From Asterionella formosa (taxonomy: Eukaryota), in assembly GCA_002256025.1 (NCBI GenBank), contig NKIB01015389.1, positions 1-36,195 of the forward strand: 36,195 nt of DNA, read 5' to 3'. A program made the translations under genes and the position numbers. Shown here piece by piece: positions 30,857-36,195 of the stretch; position 1 is the stretch's first letter, and every line of letters starts with the position of its first letter. The notes below the pieces were generated by a model that did no database searches, was not told the DNA's origin, and saw nothing but the letters and a program-made list of their open reading frames with translations.

Positions 30857-33800
30857 CTACCACCCCATGACCAACTTCCGAATGGACTCAAAAACAGTGC
30901 GTACAAGTCCTTTGGTGAAAATGTCTGCCTTTTGTTTGGTAGTGGAAATCTTTATGATTTTAATGTATCCATTTGCAACATGGGAACGGAAGAAATGGTA
31001 CTTGACAGCAATGTGTTTAGACCGGGGTTTCATGCGGGGTGAGGAGGCAAGAATGAGAGCCCCATTGTTATCCTCAAAGACCTTACTAGAATAAGTTCGT
31101 ATTTCAAAAATTGGACTATGTCCCATAGAAATTGCCATTTCCTGAACAAGGGCACGAATAGGAATAAGCTCACGCATGGAATGGGATAATGCAATGTACT
31201 CAGCTTCCATACTAGTGGACAAGGCAACTTCAGTTTGAAGTTTTGAGGTCCAGGTAAGAGGACAGCCACCAATAGTGATGAGGTATCCGGTACGCGACTT
31301 GATACTAAGAGGGTTTTGGTCATCTTCATGTAGCCAAAGGCCAGCAAAATCCGCATCAACATAACAATCAACCCCAAGATCCCCAGATGGAGAAAGAATG
31401 AGACCTTTGTCACGGGTACGAATGAGGTATCGTCCAATGGCTTTAATTGCAAGAGCATGCTGGGTTTGCTTGGGAGCATGAGAGAATCGAGCACACTGGT
31501 GAACCGCAAAGGCAATATCAGGACGAGAGTTGTTGCTCAAGTAAAGAAGCATACCTATGACAGATCGATAATTCCATGTGTCAGTCATGGCAAGCCCATC
31601 AACATTAGACCCCAGCGATTCTTTTGTAGTGAGAGTCCAGGTTGGGTTCTTGGCAGAGTTGAGACCTAAGGTAGAGATAATGCGGTCAGTGAGACCAGTT
31701 TGCGTCAAGGTGAAGGTATCATTTTTGCGAGAGACTTGGATGCCCAAGAAAGCGGCAAGTTCACCTTCTGCAGTGAGATCTGCATCAACTTTGAGATCAG
31801 CCACAAGTGCATCAAGAACATTAGAGTCTGGGCCAGCCATTATAATGTCATCCACATACTAGCAAACAAGGACAGTAGTTTTGCAATAGAAAAGACATGG
31901 ATCGAGGGAACTTTGAGTGAAACCGCGTGTTTCAAGTTTTGCTTTCAGATGGTCGAACCAGAGACGAGGGGCTTGCACCAGGCCATAGAGGCTCTTGGTG
32001 AGCTTCAGACAGACATCCTGTTCAGAATCACTCTGATAGCCACGAGGGAGATGGACATAAATTGGTTCATCAAGGGCAGCTTGAACAAAAGCATTGCCGA
32101 AATCAATACACCAAGTGTAGAGCTTGAAAAATAAGGTGAAGTACATCAGAAGACATACAGTAGTCCACATCACAACAGGAGCAAAGGTGTTTTCCATTGG
32201 TTCTTGGAGGTCACCACGAACACACCAACAAGCCTTTAGTGATTTGATGCGTCCGTCTGGGTGACGTTTACGGCGAAGAGTCCAAGTGCCAGGTAGGATT
32301 TTAGTTGTTGCTGAAGATTTTGACACAATTTCCCAAGTTCCTTGTTTGATGAGTGAAGTGATTTCCTTGTGCATGGACTCCCTCCATTCAAGGGCATCAA
32401 CATCACGCATGGCTTCATCATATCGAAGAGTATCAGGGTCACTGGAGGAAGCAACAAAAGCGCCCAAAGCGACGTCATTGAGGTGACCATCTGTGCAGGG
32501 GGCGAGCGGGTCCCAATCAGCAAACTTGGCAACGAGGTGGTTGAATTCAAGTTCATCGCCATATCGTGTGCCTACAACACCTTTTGTACTTCGCTGAGAG
32601 CGACGAGGGGGTACGGGAGCAGGAGCGGGATTGGGTTGTTGGTTCCTTGGTGGAGGTTGTGTCTCCCTCAGAGCCAGGGGAGGTAAACCTGAAGGCTCCC
32701 TCGGAGATGTCAGGAGACTGGGACTCGAGAATCCTGGGCGCCTCTAATGAGTGAGTTTTGCCTGTTATGTTGCTCTTGAGCAATAAAATCTTCATTCCAT
32801 TCATCACCCAATGGAGGAGGTTCATAGTCATCAAAGAAATATTGGAAATGACTGTGCCCAAAGAGGTTGTCCCAAATTGGATCATTTAAGTCTGGAACTC
32901 GATCAGGATCTGAAATGACAGTGGAGAACCAAGAGTCAAATACACAGTGGAACTGAGGGCTGATGTATCCATTGTTCAGATTAAGCACCAGTGGGGCAGT
33001 GGAGGCATGCTTCTTTGAGAGTCCCAAGAAAACTGCACGACGTGAACGAGGTTTCCATCTAGGAAGTTTCTCTCCATCCTGCATGGTAGAATCCAGGACA
33101 TACACGGGACTTCCCCATACTTGGAGATCATTGCATTTGTGGGTGGGCCATTTAGTGCCTGAGAAAATGTTAAGAGGTGCCAGGCCATTTTTCCTGTTAG
33201 GGAGATGATTATGAATGTACACAGCATAGTCAACAGCCATAGGCCAGAGGGTAGTATCAGCAGTGTCACACCAGCGGATGGCAGCATGCAGCATCATAGT
33301 TCGCGCCATAGACATAATGGTTTGAATGTTCCGCTCTGCAACACCATTATGATGATGAGCACCTACTCCAGAAAAGTGGCTAACTTGTTTGAAAGTTGCT
33401 AATTCTGCAACATATTCCTTATCAGTGAAAGCCTTTCCATTGTCTGAAAGGTAAGATTGAACAATAACTCCAGAGTCACGAGCAGCAGCCTCAAATTTGT
33501 GTTTTGAAACAAGAGTTTCATGAGAGGTCAGAGAGACTTGATGTTCCACATGAACAAAACCGGAAGCATGGTCGACAAACAGACATCCTCCTGAGTACAT
33601 TTGCTCTTGAGCCGTTTTTCCTTTTGAATCATACTAGTGTCGTCCCTTAGTGTGACAAACAAAGTGATCGACTGAGACTTGCTGCCCTGGTAGGAGGTCT
33701 CCTTTCTCAAGTGCACCACAGCTTGATGGAACAGGGGTAGAAACACTGCTGGAAGTTGGTCGACGTTTTGCCTTTCCAAATTGGCAGGAGGCACAGCGAG

Positions 33801-35910
33801 GTAGGACACAGTTGGATGCTGAACGGTGCAGATTCTTTTGCCCTTCTTTTGTTGCAAGGGCTCCTGATCTCAACAGTAATTGCATTGATTCAAAGTGTAG
33901 ATGGCCAAGACGGAAGTGCCAACGCAATAGTTCCTTCTGAGCTTCGGTTAGATTTTGATTGTTGGAATCGGTAACATAGAAGTTAAGCTCTTGAGCACAG
34001 CGATTGACATCCACTTCATTGTATCCATAGCTGATAGGAAGGTTATTGTTGGTTGAGAAAGGGACAACAATGTCTGGTGCTCCACCAACACAGATACGAA
34101 TATGATCAGACTCAACTTGACCATAGGCGGGAGTTTTAGATCCAACAAAACCTTGGATATAAGATTGCCAACTGAGGATTCGTTGGTGAGCTCCAGGAGT
34201 ATAGTAAGCAGAGAGCTCAAGACAATGGATAGTACCATCAACTGTTGGAACCATCCACCTGACCTTGCCTTGACCTTCAATTGATAATCCTGCTGCTAGT
34301 CCTTTCAGTATGACAGGTGTGGCCAAGGGGGTTATCCCATCAACAAAGTCCTGGATATTGTGATTAAATGTACTGGATGCTCCTGTGTCCCAAATGAAGG
34401 AGAACTGTGCTGCTGAGGAGAGCCCAAGGACAGTAGTACTTGGACTTTTAGTGGCAAGACAACAAAATGGACTTGGGACTGGATTACTGGCAGCAATTGT
34501 TGGTGTATAGAGAAGACTCCGAGCCTGACAACAATGTTTAACAAAGTCAAAATTGAGTTGCACAAATTCCAAGTCCATCATTGACACCAGCAAGCAAGGT
34601 TTGCACTAATAACAGGTGCTTCAATGGCAGGAGCAGGTGTGGGGGCAGCAGGAGAAGCAGGAGAAACCGCATTTGGAGGTTTCCCATGAGTAGATCCAAG
34701 GTGCGTTGAGGTCCAAAGTCCCAGGCCTTTGCGACACTTGTTACAGAAAATTGAATGATTTATCACCAACAACTTTGACAGTTGGCTCTCCAGGCTTGGG
34801 TGCTACTTCGCGCCAGTTGTGCTTCTTAGGATCTGTGGGCTTGGGAGGAGGAACAGGCACATTACCACCAGGTTTAGCAGCAATGGCTGCTTGAACAAGG
34901 GCATTGAATGATGCTCGGTCCATTCCAGTATAAAACAGGGAAGGGGCCTGTTGCATATCCTTTACAGTGCTGGCAGGGGACCAATCACCATTGTCCAAGA
35001 GAGAGCGGTAGGCTTCTTCAGCAAGATCAAGGATAGCTGTGTAGTGAAAACCCTTTTTGACCATGAACCTTTTGGCTGAATCTTTGGATAGGTAGGCTGA
35101 GTCTGAGAGAGCAGAGTCAAGGTCAAGACGCTTGGGATGCCAAATGGCACGAAAACTCTCAACTGAAACCTGACAGAGTGCCTTAATGATTGCCAACACT
35201 AACACCCATTCAAACTGATGGGCATTTTCAAGTTCAAGGAAAATTCTGCAGATCTTGTTTGCATAAAGTGAGACACTTTCACCAGGTTCCTTAATTGGAG
35301 ACAGCTGCTTGAGTTCATCTTTCTTTCGGTTGAATCGCTCAACAGATCCACTGCTAACCATGAAGGATGCGCATCCAGGTAACGGCAGCAGAGTCACCTG
35401 GTTCCTGACGGAGGTCAAGTTCCTTGAGGAGTGAGGGATCAAGTGTGGATTCAAGATACAAGCTAGCAGTTGTGTCATTGTCCTGGTCATAAGAATCAAT
35501 TTTGTTCTTGTAGTACTCAGATTCGTCAAGGTCATGGGAAAGGGTGACCTGCTCAAAGTCCTTGATGACATTGACCATATTGGTGTCATCACTGAGACTC
35601 TTGTCATACATGATGGAGTCCATACCTGTGAGTTCAAGATGTGCCAAAACCTTAACACCATAGGAGTATAGGTCTAGTTCCTTGCCATCCTTTTTAAACA
35701 GAATGAGAGGTGGAGCTGTGCGGTAGTTCCAGTTCCTTGACTGATCACTGGACTTAGTTGGACGAGAGCAGTTGGGAGAACGCTTGATTGCTTTGACATT
35801 GGTCAGTCCAGTCCAGTCCAGTCAATGATGTTAGATTGACCTCCAGTCCATGCAACAATTTCGGTTGGACAAATGGTGAGTCCTCCCATAATAGGTTTGT
35901 CAATGGTCAT
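30857..35910 (-). pseudogene. gag-pol polyprotein pseudogene
   Basis: Split into at least 6 track ORFs by stops and frameshifts, e.g. TAG at 31859-31861 directly before YVDD and TAG at 33634-33636 inside the integrase. The start at 35910 is inferred. Confidence 0.88.
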
Positions 35911-36056
35911 GGAAGAAGGGAGAGGATCAGGAATATTGCCAGACATGATGAGGAAGGATTATAAAGAAGACTTCCTTGAGTAATACAAAAGAAAGTGACT
36001 GAGATCGTGTTAATCTTGTAGAGGTTGCCTTTATTTCACAGAAAATAAGCGCAATT

Positions 36057-36068
36057 GGGCTTGTAACC
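36057..36068 (-). other. Primer-binding site GGTTACAAGCCC (internal tRNA-iMet-type, variant)
   Basis: Directly follows the 5' LTR end. Matches the complement of the iMet anticodon arm (GGTTATGAGCCC) at 10 of 12 positions. Confidence 0.65.
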
Positions 36069-36195
36069 AGTCAGTATATCACTTGATGATCATGTAGTGA
36101 TATATATAAGAGATTGAGTCTTAAATGGAAGGTAATGAAAACTAGAAATTTCCAGAAGATTACAGATTGTAGAAGGATCCAAGGTTGTGTACTAG
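36069..36195 (-). repeat. 5' LTR (partial, 127 bp within the window)
   Basis: Identical to 29885-30011. Confidence 0.92.

Larger units (their letters stand above)
29885..36195 (-). mobile_element. Ty1/copia (CoDi-like) LTR retrotransposon with decayed gag-pol; 5' LTR truncated by the window end
   Basis: Domain order gag (CNKC..H), protease (WDTGAS), pre-integrase (WHFRLGH..CASC), integrase (VDHF, SDNG, NGVAERNI), RT (YVDD), RNase H (DADFAG, EAEY, EDN, ADIFTK). Flanked by direct repeats, with a PBS and a PPT. Confidence 0.95.

Noticed and set aside
31859..31861. TAG before YVDD as programmed readthrough
   Set aside because: Many other stops and frameshifts exist in the same pol, so decay is the simpler explanation.

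Overview
Eukaryotic nuclear DNA, most likely a diatom. This is inferred from short GT-AG introns, bipartite plastid presequences, a DUF6824-type protein and a CoDi-like Ty1/copia element. About 14 protein genes are supportable: hisC, a GOLD protein, two plastid-targeted proteins, a 2-TM protein, MOSC, GST-like, DUF6824, a prolyl-hydroxylase/Gnt1 glycosyltransferase fusion, COA3-like, a small complex-I-like subunit missed by the ORF track, two SelT paralogues and an anoctamin. There is also a decayed MULE transposase and a decayed copia LTR element running off the right edge. Best signal: a tandem selenoprotein T pair. Copy 1 has an in-frame TGA in a CxxU motif plus a canonical SECIS and a second SECIS-like hairpin. 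Copy 2 has TGT (CxxC) and only a mutated SECIS relic, which looks like a Sec-to-Cys conversion after duplication. Other oddities: AG...CT LTR termini, GTAC/TACCGGTA palindrome islands upstream of genes, a near-perfect four-way-junction sequence, and tRNA-like relics lacking the anticodon arm. All calls are from reading the sequence by eye; no searches were run.
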